This document shows, one piece after another, positions 45,810 to 54,531 of a stretch of DNA of 64,000 nt. Origin of the DNA: an uncultured Gammaproteobacteria bacterium. GTDB lineage: Bacteria > Patescibacteriota > Microgenomatia > Levybacterales > GWA1-39-11. Position numbers and translations under genes: made by a program. How positions within the stretch are numbered: the stretch's first letter is position 1; every line of letters begins with the position of its first letter. The notes below the pieces were generated by a model, which was not told where the DNA came from, did not search any database, and was given only the letters and a program-made list of their open reading frames with translations. The stretch is taken from NCBI GenBank assembly GCA_964406795.1, contig CAYOTA010000007.1, forward strand, positions 5,898 to 69,897, given 5' to 3'.

Positions 45810-45921
45810 ATATTTAATTCACCTCCTCCCTTTTGTTCCCCGTAAAACGGGAAAGCACCTTGGAAATTCGAACTATGTCCGTTTTTTCCGTTTTCTTCCT
45901 GCCTAAACGGTTAAAAAGAAA

Positions 45922-45977
45922 ACAAAAAAAAACGGAGGCCTCTCTATCTAATTAGCTTAGATACAGACGCCTCCGTT
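45922..45977 (-). terminator. Rho-independent terminator (minus strand)
   Basis: 9-bp stem AACGGAGGC / GCCTCCGTT with a 29-nt loop. A9 lies on the plus strand upstream, which is a U9 tract after the stem on the minus strand. Confidence 0.6.
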
Positions 45978-46125
45978 TACGGTCAGCTCGTTTATTAAAT
46001 TGTCAAGGTTTCAAGTACTTTCATATTTACTATTCATCTGTCTACGAACACTAGTATAGTGTTGTAATAGCAAATCTAATATAATACACATCAAACTTCA
46101 ATGTCAATGGGTCAATATAGATCAG

Positions 46126-46290
46126 TTATGTTTTTTTCTCAGACATTTTCTTAATACTTCTTTCAGTAATTTGGACTACCATGGAATCCTGTACAAAAAT
46201 TTCAATACTTCCCCATTTGATTGTAGACAAGGCTTTTTTTATTTCGTCCAATAATTCAGTATTGGCTGTATTTGTAGAATATGCTTTCAT
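46126..46290 (-). CDS. YezD/DUF2292-like small protein (54 aa), missed by the 60-aa ORF track cutoff
   Basis: Translates to MKAYSTNTANTELLDEIKKALSTIKWGSIEIFVQDSMVVQITERSIKKMSEKKT. The pattern L..I..AL..IK.GS..I.VQD..VVQIE...K matches the YezD family. Confidence 0.4.
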   Translation of the reverse strand: MKAYSTNTANTELLDEIKKALSTIKWGSIEIFVQDSMVVQITERSIKKMSEKKT

Positions 46291-46308
46291 GAGTATCTAG
46301 AGATGAGA

Positions 46309-47028
46309 TTAGAAAGAAATTTTGATAGTTTCTTTTTTGCCGTTTATTTCTCCCACTTTTAATTCCAAATTTTTATCAGTTTCATTAATTGGAAATCCAA
46401 TTCTTGTTTGTTTTGTTGAGATTGCCTGCACCTCAACTGGGTCATTGTGAATGTCAGCTGCTACAAGTTCTTCACTGTTTCCGTTTACGGAAAGTCTAAT
46501 GTAGTCCTTACTGCTTATTTGAATACCTTGATTAAATGTATTTGTAATTTTTAAGTCTAATATAAGGAATGTTCTTCCTTGAATTGCTCGTGCACGTTGT
46601 CCTTTTACCAATATTTCATCTTGAAGTGATGCAGACTGAACAAGATATTTAATTTCACTTAACTCTTTATTGTTCTGGTCTTTAATAGGGAAGCTAAACT
46701 CTTTATTTATAACTTTTTTATTTTTAACAACTGGAGCTGCAGGTTTTTCACTACTTGCAGTCGTTGCAGTAGTAGTTTGTGTATTTTTAACAAGAACAAT
46801 TATTCCTCCTACAACCAATAGTAGAATACCAATTATAAGAAATTTAGGTGATAAGGGATTTTTGAAGTTTGTTTTTTTAGAAATAGCTGATTTAAAATTA
46901 TTCACCTGAGAAAATTTGGATCCTGTGAAGGAAAAAAGATATGTAGAGAGTGATAATGCCCTAGTTTTCATAAATTGTACTTTGGGCAGAAGTGTTGTGA
47001 TATTATCACAGGTGAAATTTACTGTCAA
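46309..47028 (-). CDS. Membrane-anchored hypothetical protein (single N-terminal TM, beta-rich ectodomain)
   Basis: Hydrophobic helix LIIGILLLVVGGIIVLV, a T-rich linker, and no motif. Confidence 0.4.
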   Translation of the reverse strand: MTVNFTCDNITTLLPKVQFMKTRALSLSTYLFSFTGSKFSQVNNFKSAISKKTNFKNPLSPKFLIIGILLLVVGGIIVLVKNTQTTTATTASSEKPAAPVVKNKKVINKEFSFPIKDQNNKELSEIKYLVQSASLQDEILVKGQRARAIQGRTFLILDLKITNTFNQGIQISSKDYIRLSVNGNSEELVAADIHNDPVEVQAISTKQTRIGFPINETDKNLELKVGEINGKKETIKISF

Positions 47029-47045
47029 GTAACTTTTGTAAGAAA

Positions 47046-47537
47046 TTAATTGAGCTTGATGGTGGTTTTGCTATCCCCTGAGTTTTTTGTTATTTCTACG
47101 TGTAACTTTTCAACACCATTATCAGCTGCCAAAACGTTTTTGACATTATCATTTGTATTAGTTGTAACGACAGAAGTAGTGTTCATATTTTTATCCTTTA
47201 TAAAGTTTTTATACCAATCTGTGACAGCTTGAGGACTGTCAGTGCTTTGATAGCTATTCTCCCCAATTGCAGTTGAATTTGGGTAAACGATATTTTGAGA
47301 ACTTGAGCTGTTTGGCGTATGAGTAATTTCTACACGTACCTCAGAATTTCCTAATTCTTTTAAGGTGTTTGTAGGTGTAGTAGTGGGAATTGAAGTTGAA
47401 TTGGCAGGAATTGTAGGGCTTATAGATTCATTTGTTCCAAGGACATCATCTTTTAGAGGTGAAGCTTTGATTGAAATATTTGTCACAACAAGTGCAGTGA
47501 TAATGAACAGAGGAACAAGTAAATTCATTATTTGCAT
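47046..47537 (-). CDS. Secreted hypothetical protein
   Basis: Signal peptide MQIMNLLVPLFIITALVVTNISIKA, Ser/Thr-rich, no motif. Confidence 0.4.
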   Translation of the reverse strand: MQIMNLLVPLFIITALVVTNISIKASPLKDDVLGTNESISPTIPANSTSIPTTTPTNTLKELGNSEVRVEITHTPNSSSSQNIVYPNSTAIGENSYQSTDSPQAVTDWYKNFIKDKNMNTTSVVTTNTNDNVKNVLAADNGVEKLHVEITKNSGDSKTTIKLN

Positions 47538-47565
47538 TGTAGACTTCTTTTATGAGTAATGCAAG

Positions 47566-48609
47566 TTATTTAATATACATCCCATCTCCAAATGAAAAAA
47601 ATCTAAAGTTATTTTTCTTTGCATGCTCATATAGTTCAAATAATTTATTTCTTCCAATAAAGGCCGCAATCAACATAAGCAGGCTTGACTTGGGTACATG
47701 AAAATTAGTTATCACAGAGTTAACAAATTTTAGTGTGTAGCTTTCTGTTATGAAAAGATCAGTTGTGCCAGTTAGTTTTTCAAGCATTCCATCGCCGTTA
47801 ACTGCTGATTCAAGTGTTCTTACTACCGTTGTTCCCACAGGAATTATGGTCCTTCCATTTTTTTTGGCATCATTTAGTGCAACGGCCGTATCTTGTGAAA
47901 TTTCAAAATATTCTTCATGAAGTTTCATTTTTTCAATATGTTCTTGTGTAAGTTTTGCAAAAGTCCCTAAATTTACATGGAGTGTTACAAAAATTATTTC
48001 ATGTCCTGCATTTTTTATTTCTTCCAATAATTTGTTTGTAAAATGTAGGGAAGCAGTAGGAGCTGCCACAGATCCTTTTTCTTTTGCAAATACTGTTTGG
48101 TACTCACGACGTAAAACATTTTCAGTTTGTGAGTTATGTTTGATATATGGAGGAATAGGAGTCGTGCCGTGTTTTTCTAAAATTTCAAAAAGTTCTGATA
48201 CATCAAATGATGGTTTTAAGATATATTCAGCTTCTTGTTTTTCTAAAACATCAAAGTTAATTGTATTATTTAATGTAAGTATTGTGTTTATGGCTAGTTT
48301 TGTATTCGCCAGTACACGGATATTTTTTTCTTCTTTTTGAAGAAACAGTATTTCTACGTTTCCACCCGTAGGTTTTTTTACATGTATTCGTGCAGGAATT
48401 ACTTTTGTTTCATTAAAGACCAATACTGATTTTGCAGGTAGATATTTGGTGATATTTTTATACGTATCAATGTCTATTTTCTTTGAATCTTTATTAAAAA
48501 TGAGAAGTTTTGCAGAGTCTCTTGGATTTGCTGGCGTTTGAGCTATAAAACTTTCAGGAAGTTCATAATCATACTCTTCTAGCGTTTTTTCAAAACTAGA
48601 TTTTGCCAT
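47566..48609 (-). CDS. queA: S-adenosylmethionine:tRNA ribosyltransferase-isomerase
   Basis: HGTTPIPPYIKH, IIPVGTTVVRTLES and a LLMLIAAF-type C-terminus; it overlaps tgt by 14 nt. Confidence 0.85.
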   Translation of the reverse strand: MAKSSFEKTLEEYDYELPESFIAQTPANPRDSAKLLIFNKDSKKIDIDTYKNITKYLPAKSVLVFNETKVIPARIHVKKPTGGNVEILFLQKEEKNIRVLANTKLAINTILTLNNTINFDVLEKQEAEYILKPSFDVSELFEILEKHGTTPIPPYIKHNSQTENVLRREYQTVFAKEKGSVAAPTASLHFTNKLLEEIKNAGHEIIFVTLHVNLGTFAKLTQEHIEKMKLHEEYFEISQDTAVALNDAKKNGRTIIPVGTTVVRTLESAVNGDGMLEKLTGTTDLFITESYTLKFVNSVITNFHVPKSSLLMLIAAFIGRNKLFELYEHAKKNNFRFFSFGDGMYIK

Positions 48610-49747
48610 TTAGAATATCCTCTCTAATTTTTGTCACTTGCTGCTGAAAAAAATATAAATTGTGGAATGATAAAAGAGTTAGCGGGGTTATTTCATGGGC
48701 TTTTAACATGTGTGCTAGATATGAAGTTTTATATTCTTGGCAAACAAAACATAAACAGTTTTTGTCCAGTGGCTCGTTATTTTTAAGTGCTTCAGCTTTT
48801 CTCATGTTTACTCTGCCTGCGGAGGTAAATACCATTCCGTGTCTGGCGTAGTGAGTTGGCGCTATACAGTCAAATGTGTCAACACCCTCATTGACGATTG
48901 GTAAGAAGTCATCAGGATGGCCAATTCCCAGTAAGTGTCTTGGCTTATTATCATCTAAATTCGGCATAACCCATGAAAGCATTTCTGTTAATGTTTTTTT
49001 GTCGTCTCCAAATTCTCCGCCAATTCCATAGCCATTAAATCCCATGCTGTTAATTGCCTTTGCACTTTCGACTCGTAAATCTTTAAACTTTCCGCCTTGT
49101 ACAATTCCATAAATTGCCTGATCAGATTTTTTAACATCAATACAAACTCTCGCCCATCTGTGGGTTTTTTCCATGGATTTTTTTGTATACTCGTAGTCAG
49201 CTACTGGGGACGTGCATTCGTCAAATGCATTAATAATATCAGCACCTAAATCTTCTTGGATTTTTATACTTTCGCGTGGACCTATAAAAACTTTTTTGCC
49301 GTCTACTGGAGATCTGAATTCTACCCCGTCTTCTGTTATTATTATTTTTTGCGGTTGTTGGCCTTCTGTAATTTTTAAATCAGACTTTTCTTTTAATATT
49401 TTTCCTACTCCGTGGTCTTCACCAAAACCTAGAGAAAAAACCTGAAACCCACCAGAGTCAGTCATAATAGGTTTTTTCCAATTTGAAAATTCATGAAGTC
49501 CACCGGCAGCTTTGACAATTTTTTCACCCGGCTTTAAATGAAGATGAAATGCGTTTTCAATTAATACTTGAGTATTTGTTTGCTCCACTAGGTCCCAAGT
49601 TAATGCTTTCATGGTTGCTTGAGTTGCAACTCCCACTAACGTAGGTGTTTCTATTTCTCCATGTGGAGTTTTGAGGATGCCAGCCCGCGCACGGGAAGAT
49701 TTGGACTTTTTAATAACATCAAATGAAATCATATTGTATTTTACCAT
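48596..49747 (-). CDS. tgt: Queuine/preQ1 tRNA-guanine transglycosylase
   Basis: TIM-barrel TGT with DSGGFQ and a C-terminal Zn site CLCFVCQEY...H. Confidence 0.9.
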   Translation of the reverse strand: MVKYNMISFDVIKKSKSSRARAGILKTPHGEIETPTLVGVATQATMKALTWDLVEQTNTQVLIENAFHLHLKPGEKIVKAAGGLHEFSNWKKPIMTDSGGFQVFSLGFGEDHGVGKILKEKSDLKITEGQQPQKIIITEDGVEFRSPVDGKKVFIGPRESIKIQEDLGADIINAFDECTSPVADYEYTKKSMEKTHRWARVCIDVKKSDQAIYGIVQGGKFKDLRVESAKAINSMGFNGYGIGGEFGDDKKTLTEMLSWVMPNLDDNKPRHLLGIGHPDDFLPIVNEGVDTFDCIAPTHYARHGMVFTSAGRVNMRKAEALKNNEPLDKNCLCFVCQEYKTSYLAHMLKAHEITPLTLLSFHNLYFFQQQVTKIREDILNGKI

Positions 49748-49822
49748 AGATTGAAGCTGAGTTGTATAAATTTAGCTTCATTGCTCTTGATATGGAATAT
49801 TTTACATGCTATAAATGCATTT

Positions 49823-50074
49823 ATGAACGAAAGATTAAAGGGTAATAAGCCAGAAAAAAGGACAAGGATTAATCTGGTTGTTAACGAGAGGTTGATGTCT
49901 GATGTAGGGAAGCTTGCTCATGATAATAATACAACGCCAAGTGAGGAGGTAAGAAGTGCGTTACTACTAAGACTTTACCTGGAGGAACTTAAAGGGCAAG
50001 GTTACTATTTAACTAGAGCACCAATTGAAGGACAAATTACCCCAGTAATTCCAGTTGAGAATTTATTGAGATAA
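49823..50074 (+). CDS. Possible ribbon-helix-helix (CopG/Arc-like) small DNA-binding protein
   Basis: From MNERL: a beta-strand RINLVV, then helices ERLMSDVGKLA and SEEVRSALLL. The ORF-track start at 49751 adds a non-coding-looking N-terminus. Confidence 0.3.
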   Translation: MNERLKGNKPEKRTRINLVVNERLMSDVGKLAHDNNTTPSEEVRSALLLRLYLEELKGQGYYLTRAPIEGQITPVIPVENLLR

Positions 50075-50079
50075 TGTCT

Positions 50080-50868
50080 TTATAAACCTAGTCCGTGTTG
50101 TTCTGACTGCTTGTTATCTTTTTTTATTTTTGGCATTTGTTCTTTAGCAAACTTACAATAATCGCATCCAAAATTATATTCCGGTGTAATGTCTGACGTA
50201 AGCAATATTCTTATTTGTGCCAATGTATCAAAAATCCAAGACGTATCACCTGCATATGGGATAATGGATAATTCAAATTCCAATTTCCCGTCAAATGTAT
50301 CTCTGTTCTTGCCTGCATTTGCAAAAACAAAATATCCGGTTCGGGATACTTTATATCCTGAGTTTCTAAATATCCATTGGTAAATTTCCATTTGTTTTTT
50401 ATAGCTACTTTTATATTCATCATTTAAATTTATATCGCGGTCAGTGCTTGTCGCCTTATAGTCCACAATCATAAGTTCCTTTTGAGGGTTTTGCCATATA
50501 TCATCAATTGCGCCAGTTACTATGAAATTATTTTCCCTTTCAAAATATTCCTTTCCTTTAAAATTTTCGCGCCACCTGTTTATTTCAGGATGTTGAAACG
50601 GAATAACGTCAATTTTATATTTCTCAAATAAAACGTGCTTCTCGCCTTTGAGACGCAATAAGTCAAATTCTTTTTTAAGTAAAAGGTCAACTGTATTATT
50701 TAGCGTAAATGATGGGATAGAGGGGCGAACAATTCCCAGCCTTCTATCTAAATAAAAACATCTGGGACACTGAAGAAATAAGTCTATTTTAGAACGAGAT
50801 AGTTTGTATGGTTCTTTACTTTCCGGGTCAAACAGAGGGGAGAAGCGGTATTTTAAATCTTTTTGCAT
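50080..50868 (-). CDS. PD-(D/E)XK nuclease superfamily protein with Cas4/RecB-like Cys pairs
   Basis: N-terminal CPRCFY, a central D...IVDYK (D/ExK) motif, and C-terminal CDYCKF. No CRISPR array or cas genes are nearby. Confidence 0.5.
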   Translation of the reverse strand: MQKDLKYRFSPLFDPESKEPYKLSRSKIDLFLQCPRCFYLDRRLGIVRPSIPSFTLNNTVDLLLKKEFDLLRLKGEKHVLFEKYKIDVIPFQHPEINRWRENFKGKEYFERENNFIVTGAIDDIWQNPQKELMIVDYKATSTDRDINLNDEYKSSYKKQMEIYQWIFRNSGYKVSRTGYFVFANAGKNRDTFDGKLEFELSIIPYAGDTSWIFDTLAQIRILLTSDITPEYNFGCDYCKFAKEQMPKIKKDNKQSEQHGLGL

Positions 50869-50896
50869 AAGAAAAAATTATAACAAAAACAGTTTG

Positions 50897-51721
50897 CTAT
50901 TTAGCAGGTATAAATGGATTTTTAGTAGGCGGTTTGGGAATCTCAGGATAAATTCTCCTCAGTGGTTTGTCTTTTTTGCCTAGATAAAGTGTTAATCCAT
51001 ACTCTTTTGACGCAAGCTTGTTCAACTTATCATAGTTTGGAGCACCTTTTCCTGGTTTGCCCATCTCACCTTTATCATCTTCACATCCTAAAAATTCCCA
51101 ATTATTTTTTCTCATCCAAGTTTCTTGAAATTGCTTTTGACTTTTTGCTGCGGTGTTAATTGACTGCGCAGTTCTTACTGCAAACACATTATCGTCCCCA
51201 TCTACAACTCCCATAATTGAATCATTAGACCCCCGGTGTACTAAGGTATAGAAATCCCCCAAGGAGAAATGTCCTGGGCCAGAATCTACAAGTCTGTCCA
51301 GAGGTCTTATCGTTTTTATTCTTGGATGAGAGTGTATATCGCCAATTCTTCCAGTTTGTTTTCCGCTAATTTGTTCCATTATGCTTCCAAACTGAAGTGC
51401 GTTGGACGTTACGCTACCAGTTGCGCTTACGAGGGGTTTATTCCTTAACCATAATCCACTTTTGTCATCCTTGTATCCAATACCTGTCCATCTTTCTCTG
51501 CCATCCTGTGCGGTGCCATCCCTCATGGTGTCAAGTGTCTCATGCCACTCAGGACTTAATTGAATCTCTGCTGGCATCTGATCCATGGGTAGTCTAAATT
51601 CCTTACCTCTGGACATTGCAAGGAGGTAGTCTTTAAAAGTTTGGTAGTCCCATTTATCCGGAAGTGTGGTTGTGGGTTTTTCGGCTGTACTAAGTTTATC
51701 CTTTACAATTGAGTCCGTCAT
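50897..51721 (-). CDS. Hypothetical protein
   Basis: 274-aa ORF containing IGDIHSHP, with no family assigned. ATGA overlap with the upstream small membrane ORF. Confidence 0.35.
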   Translation of the reverse strand: MTDSIVKDKLSTAEKPTTTLPDKWDYQTFKDYLLAMSRGKEFRLPMDQMPAEIQLSPEWHETLDTMRDGTAQDGRERWTGIGYKDDKSGLWLRNKPLVSATGSVTSNALQFGSIMEQISGKQTGRIGDIHSHPRIKTIRPLDRLVDSGPGHFSLGDFYTLVHRGSNDSIMGVVDGDDNVFAVRTAQSINTAAKSQKQFQETWMRKNNWEFLGCEDDKGEMGKPGKGAPNYDKLNKLASKEYGLTLYLGKKDKPLRRIYPEIPKPPTKNPFIPAK

Positions 51722-51954
51722 ATTTTTGGTTTTTCGCCGGTGAAGTAGCAGATAAAGGAGAGAATAATAGTAATAATTAAAAACTGTACTATGAAGTTAA
51801 AAAGAAAATCTATAACAGTGCCAGATCTATAAAATACCCATAAAAATGAAGCTATAACAGATACAAAATAAAGAAAAACAATAAGCCAGCCTTGCCAGGT
51901 GGCAGGTTTCCAGCCTATACCTCTATTAAGCGACGCAAACCATCTTTTTCCCAT
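51718..51954 (-). CDS. Small 2-TM membrane protein
   Basis: 78 aa, hydrophobic, translationally coupled to 50897-51721. Confidence 0.3.
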   Translation of the reverse strand: MGKRWFASLNRGIGWKPATWQGWLIVFLYFVSVIASFLWVFYRSGTVIDFLFNFIVQFLIITIILSFICYFTGEKPKI

Positions 51955-51975
51955 ATGCTACAATACTATCAATAA

Positions 51976-52599
51976 ATGAAACACTCTGTCAAAGAAGCAC
52001 TTTCTCATTTTAAAAAGGCAGATCCTATTTTATATAAAGTTGCAATAAGACTGGAGTTACAGGACTTAACTCCTCATGATAATTACTTTTTAGAATTATA
52101 TGATTCCATTGTAAGCCAGCAATTATCAGTTAAAGCAGCGGGGACTATTATGGAGAGGCTTAAAAAGCTATACCCCAAAGAAGAAATCACACCGGAATAT
52201 ACGTTAAAGTTAGATGACCAGAAAATGAGGGATGCAGGAAATTCTTTTGCAAAAATAAAATATCTTAAAGACTTGTCACAAAGAGTAGCGGATGGAAGAT
52301 TAAAATTGGACAAGTTTAAAGATTTGCCGGAAGATGAGATCATGAAAGAATTACTGGAAGTTAAAGGAATAGGTCCGTGGACTGCTGAAATGTTTATGAT
52401 GTGGTCCCTTGGACGTCCGGATTTATTTTCCTATGGTGATCAGGGTCTAAAAAATGCCATAAAAGCAATTTATAAATTATCAGACCGGCCAACACTGCAG
52501 GAAGCACTTGCCATATCTGCTAAATGGAGTCCTTATAGAACGTATGCATGTAAAATACTCTGGAAGTCGCTTGATAACACCCCGTTAATCAGTCCCTGA
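51976..52599 (+). CDS. DNA-3-methyladenine glycosylase II (AlkA-like HhH-GPD)
   Basis: HhH motif LLEVKGIGPWTAEMFMM followed by a GDQGL catalytic Asp loop. Confidence 0.75.
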   Translation: MKHSVKEALSHFKKADPILYKVAIRLELQDLTPHDNYFLELYDSIVSQQLSVKAAGTIMERLKKLYPKEEITPEYTLKLDDQKMRDAGNSFAKIKYLKDLSQRVADGRLKLDKFKDLPEDEIMKELLEVKGIGPWTAEMFMMWSLGRPDLFSYGDQGLKNAIKAIYKLSDRPTLQEALAISAKWSPYRTYACKILWKSLDNTPLISP

Positions 52600-53724
52600 T
52601 TCCAGTAGATCAAGTCCTTTTATTTCAGGAAGCGCGCTTCCCATAATTCCTTTTAAATCTCCTTGCATGCCAAACGTGTTATCTATTACTTGACGTATGT
52701 TTTTTTCATCCCGAGACCATTTATTTGCAAAATAGCGTTTTTCTTTTTCTATTTCTCCCTGCATGCTGGTAAAAGATTCCACAATCGCTTCAACGCGTTG
52801 TCTAAATTCTGTTCCAGTTAAATACGTATACAAGATATCCATTTTCTCATTTTTTCCCTCAAGCGACCTTTTGGCCATTGCGACTTGGATAAGATCCATT
52901 CGAAGAGCTGAGGCAAGACCTACGACAAATAAGCGTTTTGTAATCCAAATTCCTTTATAGAACTTTGCACTTGTTACATTGTCGGGGGTTGCTTCTGAAA
53001 TAATAATTCCAAATTCTGCAACAATATGTCTTTGGTCGGCTTTAAGTTTGTCTACCCACAAATCACTCCAAAGTTTTGTATTTTTGAGTTCCCAAAGTAA
53101 TTTTCCGCATGAATTTCCCTTGCTATCAACTACTTCCTGGACTATGTCACCACCCCGCGTTCCCTTGGCGACTTCCGAAATAATGTCATTAGGAAATTCA
53201 CGTTTTAATAAATCTTCAAACTCTAGCTCAAATGCTTCTCCTTGGGTTTGTTGAGAACCTTGGTTTGCTTTGCGTTGTGCATCATCTAAGGCCTTTTTCA
53301 AATCTTCTATAACTTTTTCTTTCTCTAAATCTTTTAAGTGATGTTTTTCTTCTTGGGATTTAAATACTTGCTCTTCAATTTTCTTCTTTTCTTCATCTAT
53401 CTTTCTTTCAACAGATAATTCTAATTCCTTTTCTTTTTCTTCCAGTCTTCTTTTTTCTTCCCGGAGTTCTAATTCCTTTTCTCTAAATTCATCATTTTTC
53501 TTTTTTTGTTCTCCCACCTGCTTTTGGAGATCTAGGAGTTCTGTTTTGTTTTTGTCTTCTAACTCCTTGGATATTTTATCTGTGGTTTCTTGTCTTACTT
53601 TTTCAAGTTCTTTTTTATATTCTTCTTCTGTTTGTTTTTTAATATCTGCTTCTACCTGATGGCGGAATACTTCATCTATTTGGAAATCTATTTTACAGTG
53701 GGGGCACGTTATTGTGTTTTGCAT
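52585..53724 (-). CDS. DUF2130-like coiled-coil protein with N-terminal zinc ribbon
   Basis: ITCPHCKIDF zinc ribbon, a long E/K-rich coiled coil, and a conserved C-terminal globular domain. Confidence 0.55.
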   Translation of the reverse strand: MQNTITCPHCKIDFQIDEVFRHQVEADIKKQTEEEYKKELEKVRQETTDKISKELEDKNKTELLDLQKQVGEQKKKNDEFREKELELREEKRRLEEKEKELELSVERKIDEEKKKIEEQVFKSQEEKHHLKDLEKEKVIEDLKKALDDAQRKANQGSQQTQGEAFELEFEDLLKREFPNDIISEVAKGTRGGDIVQEVVDSKGNSCGKLLWELKNTKLWSDLWVDKLKADQRHIVAEFGIIISEATPDNVTSAKFYKGIWITKRLFVVGLASALRMDLIQVAMAKRSLEGKNEKMDILYTYLTGTEFRQRVEAIVESFTSMQGEIEKEKRYFANKWSRDEKNIRQVIDNTFGMQGDLKGIMGSALPEIKGLDLLESGTD

Positions 53725-53753
53725 GTGACTTATTGTAGCAGATTAGTGAAAAT

Positions 53754-54323
53754 TTATCTGGGGACTGATTCACCGTTTGGGCAATATCCGCCGTTTATCA
53801 AAACTCCTCTTACAGACCAGGGTCCCCAATTTGCTCCGCCATCACTAATTCTTATGGCTGCTGCTACATTTCCTTCTGGGTCATATGTTGCGTCTGGGTG
53901 AACCCAAGGATTAATTTGAAACCAGCCTTTTTCTCCAATTGATCCTGTCGCGTTTTGATCCCATTTACTTTCACAAAATGAAACAGCACAGCCAGCATAT
54001 CCAAGAGCTCGAGAAATAATAACAGGACAACCAGGCATAAGTACTTCCGGCTCGGGAGCAGGTTGACGAACTGTTTCAAGTGGTCCAATGCTTACACCTG
54101 TTACCGCAATCCCATCGTGAGAAGCAGCGACAAAAAGCTTGTAAGGATGGCTATCTGCTTGTGACACTACGTTAGGAATTGGAATAGAATTGGGGTTAAG
54201 CGGGCCTTCTGCATGTGAAGGTTTTGCAAACGGGAGCATCATTACTCCTGAAGTAATTACGCCCATCGCTATTTTGTTAAATTTGTTAGGTTTTCTACTT
54301 CCTACAGATGCTTCTTTATTCAT
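53754..54323 (-). CDS. Secreted transglycosylase-like (Rpf/lysozyme-like) domain protein
   Basis: Signal peptide, then CESKWDQNATGSIGEKGWFQINPW, matching the Rpf-type motif CESggnW..n..tG..GlfQf...W. Confidence 0.5.
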   Translation of the reverse strand: MNKEASVGSRKPNKFNKIAMGVITSGVMMLPFAKPSHAEGPLNPNSIPIPNVVSQADSHPYKLFVAASHDGIAVTGVSIGPLETVRQPAPEPEVLMPGCPVIISRALGYAGCAVSFCESKWDQNATGSIGEKGWFQINPWVHPDATYDPEGNVAAAIRISDGGANWGPWSVRGVLINGGYCPNGESVPR

Positions 54324-54531
54324 AGTTACGAAAATACCTCAGAAAATTCAGAGGTCTATACATTATAGGGTAGCGTTCGTAAAATTACAAGCTCAAAAGT
54401 GTATAATTATAGGAGATATTTACTTGGAATCAATTAATTTAAGGAACACAGCGAATGTAATGAGCGAGTACCGCAAGATCATTGAGTATCAATGAGCTTT
54501 AGGAATGCAAGGTTTACTTGCATGACGCAAG

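Noticed and set aside
45830-45900. TTCGAA-containing segment checked as a possible tRNA
   Set aside because: There is no GTTC-type T-loop, no acceptor-stem complementarity and no plausible cloverleaf. It is more likely the 5-prime UTR of gene 44550-45809 on the minus strand. A small CCCG-TAAAA-CGGG hairpin there was noted but not called.
44839-45906. Four plus-strand ORFs (44839-45144, 45157-45363, 45412-45642, 45652-45906) opposite repeat-protein gene 44550-45809
   Set aside because: They are shadow frames of the repeat-rich minus-strand gene. The real gene has a strong SD and a signal peptide, and these have neither.
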